The notes beneath the pieces were generated by a model. The model ran no database searches, was not told the origin of the DNA, and was given only the letters and a program-made list of their open reading frames with translations. Source: a virus (lineage: Duplodnaviria > Caudoviricetes). Taken from it: DNA of 55,597 nt. The position numbers and the translations under genes are program-made. This document shows, piece by piece, positions 1 through 9,906 of the stretch (the first letter of the stretch is position 1; each line of letters starts with the position of its first letter). The DNA is taken from positions 1 through 55,597 of the IMG/VR virus record IMGVR_UViG_3300014838_000025. One strand, given 5' to 3'.

Positions 1-3000
1 CGACCGTCTGAGGCTCTACAGCGGGAGGTTCACCCTCTACCGCAGCAGCAGCGGGAGGAACGCTGCCGTCCACTTTTGGCTCTAACTCTCGGCCCTTGAG
101 CGCCGCATCAAATTCTTCTTGCGAAACCTCCCACGGTATAGTGTCCAGATACTTCCGCATGTCTCCTTCCTTGAGTCCAGAAGCCTTTTCTGTTCCCAAT
201 CCACGAGAGTTCCGAACCTCTTCCAATTCCGGCTGGAAAGACGCATTGAATAGGTCTGCGGGAGTTTTGTTCTCAACTTCAGCATCAAGGAATCCCCTCT
301 GTCGGCCTTCCCCAACCAGATAATCACTTAAAGCATTCTTCAAGCGAGTTGCTTTCCTGTCGTGCATCGCCCGCCAAATGACTTCCACCATCCGGCTTGG
401 CTCAGGTAATGGCGGTTCCGTGGAGAAGATGTCAGAGATCGCAAACACCTTGTTCCAGCGCATCCGTGGCGAGTCCCCTTCCAACCGCTTCCGTTCAGTC
501 GCTGCCGCCGTTTCTACGGCTTCTTCAACAATGGATGTGATGTCCTTTGCGCCCGTAGTACGTAGCCGCGTCATCGGCCCAATAGCCTTCAAAAGAGCCT
601 GATACGACTGGCTATCCCTGAGTGCTTCCAGCGTAGATGGGTTCTTGAGAACAGTGGACAAAAGCGCCATCTCTAGTTTATCTTTGCCGCTTTTTGTCAG
701 TACCTCTATCCCATTGACGTTCTTGTTGAACCATTGCGACTTCTCGGCATCGGTGACATTGAGATACTTCCTCACCACATCGGCAAAGAATGTAGGGTTA
801 TCATCCATCGCCTTACGCGGCGTCTCAGCCGTATTGAATTCAGTGGCGATTCTTTCCAATACCCCAATGTTTCCCTTGGCTTCTTCGGCCAACTGCGACT
901 CGTACAGCAACCGACCATGCGTAATGGCCTTGGCTGCTGCATCAATCGTGAACGATGCTCCTTTGTTGAATAAGTCTCCAAGTTCCGTTGCTCTTGCCAA
1001 TGTTCCAATCGGATCGTTCATCATTCTTACAGGAATGTAGAGTTCATCTCCCATCGGAATCTGCATACCGTTTGCTTGTGCGAAGGCACGCACAGAACTT
1101 TGAAACTCATTCAATGCAATCGAGTCATTCTTGATGAGATCAAGATACTTCGCCATCCTCAGTAATCTGCGGTTGCCGCCGACTACATCGCCCCCAATAT
1201 CAATGATTGATGGGCCTCGCTCCGCTCCCTTCCCCGGATCAAGATACTCATTAACCTTGTAATTCTGTGGCTGCGCGTCTGAAAGCAACTGTGTCCGAGT
1301 CTGCTCATCCGGTGGAACATCCTGCATCTGCTCAGGGTACTCAGGAGTTCTCTCTAGTTCGTTACCGTTCCAACGGAATGACACGGTAAGTTGTTCCGGC
1401 CTTACAAACTCCAGATGTACGGGAATATCCCCGGCATTGGTCAGTACAACACTTTCCGGGCCGACCGCCCGTACCTTCCCTGTAAACCCGCGTGACGAGA
1501 TAGACGCCTTCTGCGGATACTCTCCGGGGCCAACAAGTTTTGACTTCGCCTTGGCTTGCTGTGCTACAGCTTTCTCGACAACTTTCTTCGACTCTTCGGC
1601 CTTGGCAACTGCCTTATCAATTTCTTCTTCGGTTACGGTAGAAGACGGCTCAATTGCTTCAAGCACATCCCTTACCGCTACAGACGTTACCGCTTCCGTG
1701 CGTGTTTCCGCCGCTGCTACTTGAGCCTGCGCTTCCTCTGGAGTCTTAGGCTCAGGGTCTTGAACCTTGCCTTCCGCACGGTCTTTGACTTCTTCTACCA
1801 GTTCCTTCTGGTGAGTCACATACGGCGGTTCCCCCTCGGGAACACGCTGGTTCCGCTTGAACTCCAAAAAGTCCTCAGAACTACCGAATCCCATCTCGTA
1901 TGCCGCTTGCTCCATGTCCGCAGCATTGCCGTACCCAAGTTCGTAAGCAGCCTGCTCAAGCCGATTCGACCGGAGATATTCCTCGGCGCTTCCAAAGCCC
2001 GCTTCATGTGCCAACGTGTCGAGTTGTGCTCTTGCCGCTTCCCTTGCGCTTGGCTGAGTGGGTGCTTCACCTTCCGGCCTACGTGCTCCCTTGGCGCGAA
2101 GGTAATCTTCGGCGTTGCCATACCCTGCTTCATACGCCAGTTCTTCCAGATGCGCTCTGGTTACATCTCGCGGATTTGGCCCTGCATAATCACTGCGATT
2201 CAGGTTCCTCAACTTCTGAATATCTTCGTAGCTCGACTTGCCGTACCCTACCCTGCCCGACTGAGCCAACTGCATAGCTTGGTTCGAATAGAATCCGTCC
2301 TTCATCAACGGAATTGGACTGCCGCCGTTATCAGGCCGCAACATCCCGGTAGCATCCAGCATCCAGCGAACGCCACGCTTTGAGATGATGTAGTCGCCGG
2401 AACGATAGACGTGATGAAGATTGTTCTCTGTCTCGTTGCGAATCAGTAGTGCAGCGTTGTCCAGAACTTCCTTCACATCTTCTTCCGGCATAGCCGTACC
2501 ATCGTCAGACGGCTTCCGAAGTTCTGCTTCCAGTTCCTCCAAGTGCTTTGCAAGATTCGTTTCGTACAACGGGCCAGTCAGTTTGCCTTTTCTTGCGGCC
2601 TCGAACACATCTGGCAATGTCACCTTCTCAGCAATTCCGGCCTGCCGCTGTGCGTCCTTGGCCGTGAGTTCGCCATACACTAGCCCGCGACGAATTGCTT
2701 CAAGGTTCTTTACGTCATCAAGTTCATGTGCCGCGTTGCCGGACTCGATGGCCTTATGGTCAGCCAGAAGTTTCGCAGACGACAACCGCGCAACCGTGGC
2801 GGCAGTCTCAGGGTCGGAAGCAAGGTACGGATGGTCAGTCGATTCGACAAAGTTTCCATCACTGTCCAGCCACTCCACTCCACGCGGAGACTTGCGATAG
2901 ATCGCCTGTCCACCTGTTTCAGATGAGACTCCAAACCTGTTTTCTTCTCCCTGATAGTTGACAGGAAATTCTACGTTCTTGCCGTCACCAATGACCTCAA

Positions 3001-4447
3001 CTTGACGTGAGTATTCCTCTGGATGCTGCTCTTGACCGCTTTCCCGCTGGCTCTGAATTTCTGATCTGCGGGTGTACAGTTCCTCTCTGCGAGTTTGGAA
3101 CTCCTGCGCGGCCTTCGACCGTACCTTAGCTTTGACCTTCTTTCCTTCGGTGCGGGATTCCTTAACCGCTTGCTGTCTCGACTCCTGCTCCTGCTGTTGC
3201 GCCTCTTGCTCCTGCCGCCGTGTCTGTTCCTCTTGCTGGAAAGCCTCGTGCCGATCCCGCGCCTCTTGCTTAATGATTCTCAGCCCTTCGAGGATGGCAT
3301 TCTTGCGGGCTGCTTCATACGCTTCCGGCTCAGTGAACTTGAACTTATCGTCCACGTCCTTCAATGACCGCTTCACGGCATTAGGATCACGCGCCTTTTC
3401 AACCGCGTCTCCGTAATACCGATTCATCGCGGCTTTGTGTTCTTCTGCGCCGTGAAGTTCGCCAGCCCCAATCAACGTGGTGAACCCAATTCCTTGTAAA
3501 ATCTTCTGCCACGCCATCGCCGTTTCTTGCGGAGTCTTGGCGTTGTATAAATCCTTGCCTCCCTCAATGGATTGCTGCATCGAGTTCGCCATGAACCCGC
3601 CGCCCGAAACCTTGAACATGGTCTGAGCACTGCGTATCCACTTCTCAACCTGCTGCACTGCTGCGCGTGTGGCCGCTACGTCCTTCTCGGCTTGAGCAAT
3701 CAACTCAGGATTAGCAAGCCGACGCGCCTCACTAAGCAAATCAAGAGACTTTGTTGCGGCCTCAGTTGCCTTGCCGAACTGTGCCGTCAACGGTCCAAGA
3801 ACGCTGCTCGATGCCCCCATGCCGATCATTAACGGGCTAGTGAAACTTGCGGCCTGCTCCGCAATCGAGGAATCCTTTGAGCCGAAGAATCCGAGCCAGA
3901 ACATCTGCGATGGAGTCATCCCGTACTGCTCTGGACGATTCAGAACATCTTCAATCTGATCTTGCGTGTAGCCTGTGATGGCGCGAGTAAAGAACTTCTG
4001 CGTCCCGCCCTTCTCTCCAAAGTCCTGAGACATACTCTGAGGCATAATCATTTTCAGAGCATCGCCAACAGGCTTGAAATCGCCTACTGCCGTGTTGACC
4101 GTTTCCCAAGCATTCTTCGTCTTGTCCAATATTGGACTACTTCCGGGGAGAGCGCCTTGCGGCCCCGCTTGACCGCTGACAGGCTGTTCTTGGCCGGACG
4201 GACGTACACCCGGAAGCGCACCTGAAGCCTGTGCCGTAGGTGGAGTCATCAACCCTTGGGTCTTGCGTGCTTCTGTTGACGCACGGTGGCTCGACATCTC
4301 TTGAGGCGAGACTAATACCGCGCCATGAGAAGCAGGATCAAAACCTTCCTTTGTCTTTACCGGAGTTGCTCCGAGAGCTATCGGATCAAAGGCAGATTTC
4401 TTCGCCGGAGTCGCACCGTACTTTAGAGGATCGAATGGTTCGGCCAT
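1..4447 (-). CDS. Large internal virion / DNA-ejection-like polyvalent protein (partial, >1480 aa, runs off window start) with a ParB-like segment
   Basis: ATG at 4447 just after the stop of the upstream gene (MAEPFDPLKYGATP...). The same frame reads as protein at the window edge and is absent from the ORF track, consistent with no stop. Segment GPSIIDIGGDVVGGNRR resembles DdrB-like ParB domains. Confidence 0.7.
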   Translation of the reverse strand, partial: MAEPFDPLKYGATPAKKSAFDPIALGATPVKTKEGFDPASHGAVLVSPQEMSSHRASTEARKTQGLMTPPTAQASGALPGVRPSGQEQPVSGQAGPQGALPGSSPILDKTKNAWETVNTAVGDFKPVGDALKMIMPQSMSQDFGEKGGTQKFFTRAITGYTQDQIEDVLNRPEQYGMTPSQMFWLGFFGSKDSSIAEQAASFTSPLMIGMGASSSVLGPLTAQFGKATEAATKSLDLLSEARRLANPELIAQAEKDVAATRAAVQQVEKWIRSAQTMFKVSGGGFMANSMQQSIEGGKDLYNAKTPQETAMAWQKILQGIGFTTLIGAGELHGAEEHKAAMNRYYGDAVEKARDPNAVKRSLKDVDDKFKFTEPEAYEAARKNAILEGLRIIKQEARDRHEAFQQEEQTRRQEQEAQQQEQESRQQAVKESRTEGKKVKAKVRSKAAQEFQTRREELYTRRSEIQSQRESGQEQHPEEYSRQVEVIGDGKNVEFPVNYQGEENRFGVSSETGGQAIYRKSPRGVEWLDSDGNFVESTDHPYLASDPETAATVARLSSAKLLADHKAIESGNAAHELDDVKNLEAIRRGLVYGELTAKDAQRQAGIAEKVTLPDVFEAARKGKLTGPLYETNLAKHLEELEAELRKPSDDGTAMPEEDVKEVLDNAALLIRNETENNLHHVYRSGDYIISKRGVRWMLDATGMLRPDNGGSPIPLMKDGFYSNQAMQLAQSGRVGYGKSSYEDIQKLRNLNRSDYAGPNPRDVTRAHLEELAYEAGYGNAEDYLRAKGARRPEGEAPTQPSAREAARAQLDTLAHEAGFGSAEEYLRSNRLEQAAYELGYGNAADMEQAAYEMGFGSSEDFLEFKRNQRVPEGEPPYVTHQKELVEEVKDRAEGKVQDPEPKTPEEAQAQVAAAETRTEAVTSVAVRDVLEAIEPSSTVTEEEIDKAVAKAEESKKVVEKAVAQQAKAKSKLVGPGEYPQKASISSRGFTGKVRAVGPESVVLTNAGDIPVHLEFVRPEQLTVSFRWNGNELERTPEYPEQMQDVPPDEQTRTQLLSDAQPQNYKVNEYLDPGKGAERGPSIIDIGGDVVGGNRRLLRMAKYLDLIKNDSIALNEFQSSVRAFAQANGMQIPMGDELYIPVRMMNDPIGTLARATELGDLFNKGASFTIDAAAKAITHGRLLYESQLAEEAKGNIGVLERIATEFNTAETPRKAMDDNPTFFADVVRKYLNVTDAEKSQWFNKNVNGIEVLTKSGKDKLEMALLSTVLKNPSTLEALRDSQSYQALLKAIGPMTRLRTTGAKDITSIVEEAVETAAATERKRLEGDSPRMRWNKVFAISDIFSTEPPLPEPSRMVEVIWRAMHDRKATRLKNALSDYLVGEGRQRGFLDAEVENKTPADLFNASFQPELEEVRNSRGLGTEKASGLKEGDMRKYLDTIPWEVSQEEFDAALKGRELEPKVDGSVPPAAAAVEGEPPAVEPQTV

Positions 4448-4449
4448 TA

Positions 4450-6405
4450 CTATTTATATCCATTTTGCGTAAAGATCGGCACCTTGTCTTGTGGAACATA
4501 GTACGCGTCCCCGTTCGGGCCAGTCATTAAGACAGTCCCCGGTGGAACTTCTTTTTGGCCTTGGGGATTATTTTCACCCTTGTGGAAGGCTCTTTCATTC
4601 TCCTGAATCTTCGCGTTGTAGGCGTTCTCCAAGTCCTTCTGCGCCTTCTCCTTATCCGCTGGTGTAGCAAAACTCTTGAGGTTCAATGCAGCAAGTTTAT
4701 CCGTGTAATCTTTGTATGCCGCCTTCGTGCCAGCGTCATGTGCTGCATCTCTCTTCTGTGCATCGACAAACTCCGCCCGCGTCTGCTTCTTCGGTGCCGC
4801 AGCCTGCCCCGGTCTTGGAGTCATCGGGCCTTTCGCTACTGGAGCCTTGCCACTCGCCTGCTTAGGATAGGACTGCATCCCGCCAGAAAACTTTCCAAAT
4901 TTTCCTGCTTGTGCATCTTCGTGGTACTTCTTCGCATAGGCATTGGCATCGTCAATACTCTTGAACTTGCCCATGTGTTGCCCAGTCTGTTTGTAGTGCT
5001 GCCATGCTTCATCTACGGAATGAACCTTGCCATCATAGATACGCGGGAACAGGACTTCCATCCCGTCCTCTTCTTTACTTGCCGATAGAACCGTTCCAGT
5101 CGTATCCGCCTTGATTGCTCTTGTATCAACTTCAGAACGATTGTTCCATTGAATATTTCCCGGTACTGCTGGAGCGGGATACCCCGGACCTGATGGAGCC
5201 TGATTGCCTTGTGCTCCTGATTGCCCTCCCGCCGCTCCAATCGGAGCAATCCCCGCTGGCGGCTTTGGCTCTGGTACGCCTCTCGTAGTCGAACCCGTAG
5301 TCGTGCGGGTTCCGCTTGCATCAACCGTCGTTCCACTCGTCGTAGAAGTCGTTTGCGGTTGCTTCCACTGCCACAAATCGTGGATGTACTGATCAACCCT
5401 CGGGTCAATATTCTTTGGATCAAGGCCGTTCTGCCGGATGTAATCAGCCTTGAACGCTTCCTCCCCTTTAGGGGCGGTTTGCTGTCTTTCGTTGACAAGG
5501 TGATACCTCGAACCCGGAGGCGGAGCTTCTCCCTCTCGTAGAGGAATAGTGTCCGTCCCATTCGTCCAATAGCGATACTTCCCTTTTACTTCCTGCTGCT
5601 CATTGATTCTTTCATCCCTGCGAGCTTCCGCCTCTTCAAGTTTCTTCCTGTCAGCTTCCGGCATCGCATCCCGAGCAATCTTCTTTTGCTCAGGAGTCAT
5701 ATCCTTCTCTGTAGCGTGAGCCGACGCTATCACATTCAGATCGCTGATCGCTTGATCTTGCTGCGAGATTGTGTTCTGCGCTTCTCGTAACTTCAGAGCA
5801 TTGGCCTGCGTGTCCGGCGTCGGCCCCGGCTTATTCTTCCCCATCTTCCGAGTCAACATCGCAAGGTGTGGAACTAGATGAGGATTCGCAGCGAAAAAGT
5901 CCTTCACGCTATCGCCCAAACTCATCGGCTTTTGAGTGTCGTCTTTGCCCTTTTTACCGCCTTCTCCTTTGGTCTCCTCGGTCGCCTGCTGCCCGCCTTT
6001 GGACTTCTTCTCAGGGACAGCATACTTCTGCATGTTCTGCGTGTTCTTGTCGTAAATACCCGTGTAGCTTTCGTACAACGCTTTCGCTTCAGGAGAGTCT
6101 GGAGTTTTTCCAGAAGCCAGCGCATCCTGATAGTTCTTCCAAGCGGTCTGCTCCATCGTTTGCCCGACTTGCAATTCCGTTTGCGCTTGAGCGTACTTTT
6201 TCTGTTCCTTGATCGCGTGCCCTTGGAGAAAACCCTTCATCAAGGCATCCCCAATCGCCATCTTCCCCCCGGCCTTCGTGTAATTGACAGGCAATGCCCT
6301 CGGGTCTGGCGGCTTTCCCCCGCCCATCTGCTCTGCCGGAACCTGTACGAGCGGAACCGTACTCTGGTAGGGATTGATCTCGATATTCGGTGCATTAACA
6401 GCCAT
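4450..6405 (-). CDS. Putative internal virion / ejection protein (651 aa)
   Basis: Long ORF, SD GGGAGG, low-complexity Q/A/G/P composition, position after tail genes. Confidence 0.55.
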   Translation of the reverse strand: MAVNAPNIEINPYQSTVPLVQVPAEQMGGGKPPDPRALPVNYTKAGGKMAIGDALMKGFLQGHAIKEQKKYAQAQTELQVGQTMEQTAWKNYQDALASGKTPDSPEAKALYESYTGIYDKNTQNMQKYAVPEKKSKGGQQATEETKGEGGKKGKDDTQKPMSLGDSVKDFFAANPHLVPHLAMLTRKMGKNKPGPTPDTQANALKLREAQNTISQQDQAISDLNVIASAHATEKDMTPEQKKIARDAMPEADRKKLEEAEARRDERINEQQEVKGKYRYWTNGTDTIPLREGEAPPPGSRYHLVNERQQTAPKGEEAFKADYIRQNGLDPKNIDPRVDQYIHDLWQWKQPQTTSTTSGTTVDASGTRTTTGSTTRGVPEPKPPAGIAPIGAAGGQSGAQGNQAPSGPGYPAPAVPGNIQWNNRSEVDTRAIKADTTGTVLSASKEEDGMEVLFPRIYDGKVHSVDEAWQHYKQTGQHMGKFKSIDDANAYAKKYHEDAQAGKFGKFSGGMQSYPKQASGKAPVAKGPMTPRPGQAAAPKKQTRAEFVDAQKRDAAHDAGTKAAYKDYTDKLAALNLKSFATPADKEKAQKDLENAYNAKIQENERAFHKGENNPQGQKEVPPGTVLMTGPNGDAYYVPQDKVPIFTQNGYK

Positions 6406-6421
6406 CTTGATCCTCCCTTCC

Positions 6422-6982
6422 TTAAATCGTCGCTAGAGCCGACATGCCGCTGCCCGCCATAGAGCTAAACGCTCCGAGCGTAGTCGCTTTTTGCTCTTGG
6501 TTGATCTGCTGGATTTGGCCGTACTGGTTCGCCGCCGAGTTCATTCCTTGTAGGCCAATCGATGTAGCCTGATTTCCCTGCCCTACGTTCTGCCCGCCCA
6601 AACTCGCAAGCGATGGGAAAGCGCCCGTGTAGCTCCCTGTCGTCAACTGCGAGATTTGCGCCCCGGAAGTTAGATCGGATTCCTCTAACGCAAGGTTCCG
6701 CTCCCCGCCCTTCGGGTTGTCGGCAATAATGTTTTTCTTCGCAGAGTTCGCGTTCCCCGTAATCTGTTGAATCGCTGGGGCATTAGCCCTTGCCAGCGCC
6801 AGAGGATCGCCGGAAGCAAGTTTCCCGTAATAGGCTTCTGACTGCTCAAGTCCGGGGAGCGCAAGGTTGAACAGAGTCGAACCCTCTTGGGCGCTCTGCT
6901 TCCCGGTACTCGCCATTACGTCCGCGAGGTTGGCTTGCGATGCCTGTAGTTGAGCGTCCTCGCCAGCTTGTGCTTTTCCCAT
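6422..6982 (-). CDS. Putative ejection/pilot-like virion protein (186 aa)
   Basis: G/A/S/Q-rich ORF with glycine-rich hydrophobic C-terminus, SD AGGAG. Confidence 0.5.
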   Translation of the reverse strand: MGKAQAGEDAQLQASQANLADVMASTGKQSAQEGSTLFNLALPGLEQSEAYYGKLASGDPLALARANAPAIQQITGNANSAKKNIIADNPKGGERNLALEESDLTSGAQISQLTTGSYTGAFPSLASLGGQNVGQGNQATSIGLQGMNSAANQYGQIQQINQEQKATTLGAFSSMAGSGMSALATI

Positions 6983-7029
6983 AGACGCAAGGCTCCTGTG
7001 AGAAGCCTAACGCACCTAATGTTTTGTTT

Positions 7030-7680
7030 CTACGGGATTTTAGTTTCGTCGGCGGTTTTCTGTTCGGCAAACCAACGGTCAAAGCCGGGGATGTAGTCCT
7101 CTTTCCTCAAAATCATCACTCTCGCGTCTACAAGTTCCCCGTCAATGTAGTGCCAACTCGGAACTATCGCACATTCCTTGAAACCGAGTCGTAGCGCAAA
7201 ATTCCTCGCGGCTGTGTTCGTCACCACTTGCAGCCCGTGGAGCACGTCAATCCTCAGAGCGTTAAAAGCATACGCTACGGCCATCCTCGCCAAACTCCTT
7301 GCCGAAGATCGCTTGGATGCCCCACTGAAAAACGCTTCCCCACACTGACACGCCCTTGCCCCGTCTTGTCCTCGCGGCATGTCAACCCACGAGAATCCTA
7401 CCGGGACGATCTTCTCGCCTTCCAGTTCGGCCAAAATCTGAACCGTCTTGAGACGATCAAAATATGCGATAAAAGAGTCCAGATTCTTGTTTTCCCCGCA
7501 GAAGCAATCCGCGATCTTGCCTTCTTCTTTGAGTTTGAAGTAGAGCATTGGCAACATGCCGTCACGGTACACGGCTGTACCGTTCATGTAGGGTATGACA
7601 GCTAAATCCTTGGTCTGATAGTAGCTCCAATGCGTGTTGTCGATCACGCTTCCCTCCGCTTCTCCGCGCAAATAGTACAC
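7030..7680 (-). CDS. GNAT-family (RimJ/RimL-like) acetyltransferase-fold protein
   Basis: C-terminal NTAARNFALRLGFKEC motif; such proteins commonly sit next to podovirus internal virion genes. Confidence 0.65.
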   Translation of the reverse strand: MYYLRGEAEGSVIDNTHWSYYQTKDLAVIPYMNGTAVYRDGMLPMLYFKLKEEGKIADCFCGENKNLDSFIAYFDRLKTVQILAELEGEKIVPVGFSWVDMPRGQDGARACQCGEAFFSGASKRSSARSLARMAVAYAFNALRIDVLHGLQVVTNTAARNFALRLGFKECAIVPSWHYIDGELVDARVMILRKEDYIPGFDRWFAEQKTADETKIP

Positions 7681-7822
7681 TCACACGGCGATCTCCCAAA
7701 ACCTCGAACCAACCGCTTGCCACTGCACTTGTTGTGCGCCCCCCTGCGGCATCGGTCACACCACTGTTCCCTCTTGGCTGAAAACTGCAATTCCCTAAAG
7801 GACAAACCATTCGGAAGAAGGC

Positions 7823-8101
7823 TCATCCAATTACCTTGCCCTTTCGGGCCTCCAGCGCCGCCGTCAACGTCACATTCGCGCCCGTCAGTGACTTGTGCTC
7901 CGCAACAACCCACGCCTCAAACTGAGCAATGTCCCCACCAAACCGATTCTTGAAAGCTATCGCATCAACCCCATACGTCATCACCGGGCCATCCCAAGAA
8001 TTATTACCGTCAACCGTGTGCGACTTCACGTACACCGTAATGTGCCCGGTTTTGGGATTCTGCTGGTAGTCCTCAATAATTATTTGTGTCTCTGCCGCCA
8101 T
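7823..8101 (-). CDS. Hypothetical protein (92 aa)
   Basis: ORF with SD GGAGG. Confidence 0.6.
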   Translation of the reverse strand: MAAETQIIIEDYQQNPKTGHITVYVKSHTVDGNNSWDGPVMTYGVDAIAFKNRFGGDIAQFEAWVVAEHKSLTGANVTLTAALEARKGKVIG

Positions 8102-8110
8102 CTCGCCTCC

Positions 8111-8127
8111 AGTCCAAATTTTGGACT
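8111..8127. repeat. 17-bp palindrome AGTCCAAAWTTTGGACT (copy 1)
   Basis: agtccaaattttggact, between a stop codon and the next SD. Confidence 0.85.
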
Positions 8128-9058
8128 AAAAAAATGCTCCGCTGGCCGGACTTCCGACTATCGGACTTCCCCCGCCGCCGCTCTGCGCTACCTGCCCACC
8201 ACTCGCCGTGACCACCACGACCGCAACAATCTGGAAACCGTCAAGATTTGCGTTTAACCGATTTTGAGGCGTGTCTGACAAGTACGGGCCAAGCAGAGAA
8301 ACGTAGTTCTGACGCTTCTTTACTCCGTAGTACCAAACCCCGTTGACCTGCACATACCCGCCAGCCCCGCTGACCGTTCCTAGAGGCGCTTGATACTCCA
8401 GAACCGCCCCTCCAGAAGACGATGACGTAAGCTGATACGGCCCGTTGAACCCGGCTGGATTTACTCCGAAGATGGTCCCTATATTCCCTGCAACCAATCC
8501 CGAGGCCGCGCAGTTCACGGTCACAAGATTGTTGACTGCCGCGATTGTAACGATTGCGTACTGAGCCGGGAAACTAAGGATGTCGATCCTGCCACTCAAC
8601 TGAACCGTGCTTCCGTCTGCAAACGTGAGGATGCTTGCCGGAGTCGACACGGTTACAGATGAACCACCGTTTGTCAGGATTGGGATGATCTGGTTTGCGT
8701 TCGGAACCGTGGAAGGAACGTCATTCAAAAAACTGCTCGACTGTTCCCGCTGGCCGTTGTGATTCAGTATCCGGTAGCCAGCCATTGCGTTCGCGCTCCC
8801 CGGCTTCAACTGCTCTTTCAAAACCGGAGCCGAGTAATTCTTCGCGGCCTCGCCCGAAGATAGAGCGTCTGTCACTTCTACCGGAGCGCCGACATTCGTA
8901 ATCCGGTTTCCCCCGAGGTCAATATGGTTGGCAACTTTTATTGGCCCTGAGTACCCGAGAAGAGAATTTACCCGATCAATCAGGGACGAATAGTGCTGGT
9001 TGAATACCGGATCAAGCCCGGAGAAGTCTAGCTTGGCGATCTGGTTCGGAACTGACAT
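8126..9058 (-). CDS. Putative virion structural protein (310 aa)
   Basis: Beta-rich G/S/V/T composition, located among tail genes. Confidence 0.55.
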   Translation of the reverse strand: MSVPNQIAKLDFSGLDPVFNQHYSSLIDRVNSLLGYSGPIKVANHIDLGGNRITNVGAPVEVTDALSSGEAAKNYSAPVLKEQLKPGSANAMAGYRILNHNGQREQSSSFLNDVPSTVPNANQIIPILTNGGSSVTVSTPASILTFADGSTVQLSGRIDILSFPAQYAIVTIAAVNNLVTVNCAASGLVAGNIGTIFGVNPAGFNGPYQLTSSSSGGAVLEYQAPLGTVSGAGGYVQVNGVWYYGVKKRQNYVSLLGPYLSDTPQNRLNANLDGFQIVAVVVVTASGGQVAQSGGGGSPIVGSPASGAFF

Positions 9059-9061
9059 GGG

Positions 9062-9250
9062 CTAATTGTACATCATGTTGGCATAATCCATGAAATCCAA
9101 AATTTGGACTGCTTTCAACTGGTCAAAAAACGAATGATAGCAGCGGAAACAAGCCGAATGATCTTTGTCCCGGCGTGGATGGTGATTCTTCCTACTCTGA
9201 AAAACTGGACGATGCTGCCCGCATTCCGAACAAAGCCATGCACGACACAT
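9062..9250 (-). CDS. Small Cys-rich (Zn-ribbon-like) hypothetical protein
   Basis: CSEC...CFRC pairs; abuts the next gene. Confidence 0.4.
   Translation of the reverse strand: MCRAWLCSECGQHRPVFQSRKNHHPRRDKDHSACFRCYHSFFDQLKAVQILDFMDYANMMYN
9094..9110. repeat. 17-bp palindrome (copy 2)
   Basis: aatccaaaatttggact. Confidence 0.8.
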
Positions 9251-9291
9251 AAGAGCCTCGCATCATAGCTAACATCGTAGCACTAAAAGAG

Positions 9292-9365
9292 TGGAGCGGG
9301 AGACGAGATTTGCACTCGCGCCAAGAGGATGGAAGCCTCTTATGCTGCTTTTACACTACTCCCGC
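9292..9365 (-). tRNA. tRNA-Gly(UCC)
   Basis: Cloverleaf; AGAGG-CUUCCAU-CCUCU; U73 and encoded CCA. Confidence 0.9.
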
Positions 9366-9371
9366 AAACTT

Positions 9372-9447
9372 TGGTCGCTCAGGTTGGCCTCGAACCAACT
9401 ACCTCGCCCTTATCGGGAGCGGGCTCTTCCTGTTGAGCTACTGAGCG
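9372..9447 (-). tRNA. tRNA-Ile(GAU), C33
   Basis: CGCUC-CCGAUAA-GGGCG; CCA. Confidence 0.9.
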
Positions 9448-9506
9448 TCTTGTGATGTGCGTCCTTATCCTATGGCAGTTCGCACATAACAAATCTCCAT
9501 ATGTTG

Positions 9507-9582
9507 TGGTGCGGAAGGAGGGACTCGAACCCCCGAGTGTCTGGGTGTAGACCAGATGCCTTAGCCGCTTGGCGACTTCCGC
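9507..9582 (-). tRNA. tRNA-Val(UAC), C33
   Basis: UCUGG-UCUACAC-CCAGA; A73; CCA. Confidence 0.8.
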
Positions 9583-9583
9583 A

Positions 9584-9661
9584 TGGAGCAGCCGACTGGA
9601 CTCGAACCAGCCTCAATCCATCTACTCTTACCGGATTCGGAATCCGGGGAGATACGGCTGC
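9584..9661 (-). tRNA. Atypical tRNA-Arg(CCG)-like RNA lacking a D-arm, with a long extra region
   Basis: Acceptor GCAGCCG/CGGCUGC, T-arm GCUGG-UUCGAGU-CCAGU, arm CCGGA-UUCCGAA-UCCGG; only 7 nt between acceptor and anticodon arm; CCA. Confidence 0.7.
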
Positions 9662-9668
9662 AAAACTT

Positions 9669-9745
9669 TGGAGCGACCTGTCGGACTCAAACCGACATAC
9701 TCTTCGTTAGGACCGAAGTTCTCTATTCAATTGAGATAAGGCCGC
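9669..9745 (-). tRNA. tRNA-Arg(CCU)
   Basis: CUUCG-GUCCUAA-CGAAG; CCA. Confidence 0.88.
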
Positions 9746-9750
9746 AAAAC

Positions 9751-9825
9751 TGGAGAGCCTACTGGGAATTCAACCCAGATTCATTGCTTAGAAGGCAAGC
9801 GCCCTATGCGTTGGACGATAGGCTC
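9751..9825 (-). tRNA. tRNA-Arg(UCU)
   Basis: UUGC-CUUCUAA-GCAA; CCA. Confidence 0.88.
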
Positions 9826-9826
9826 T

Positions 9827-9901
9827 TGGTGGGTCGCCGGGGAATCCAACCCCGTCCCGGCTCCTTAAAAGGGAGTGATGCAAGCATTACACCTGCGACC
9901 C
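9827..9901 (-). tRNA. tRNA-Lys(UUU)
   Basis: CUCC-CUUUUAA-GGAG; CCA. Confidence 0.88.
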
Positions 9902-9906
9902 CAAAA

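Noticed and set aside
96-4530. Many plus-strand ORFs in the track
   Set aside because: They are antisense shadows of the long minus-strand gene that runs off the window edge. The same applies to most plus-strand ORFs elsewhere.
9507-9582. Possible amber suppressor (CUA) tRNA
   Set aside because: The 5-bp stem centres UAC in a 7-nt loop. C33 recurs in five other tRNAs, no other Val tRNA exists, leader 3 has Val codons, and TAG is used as a normal stop.
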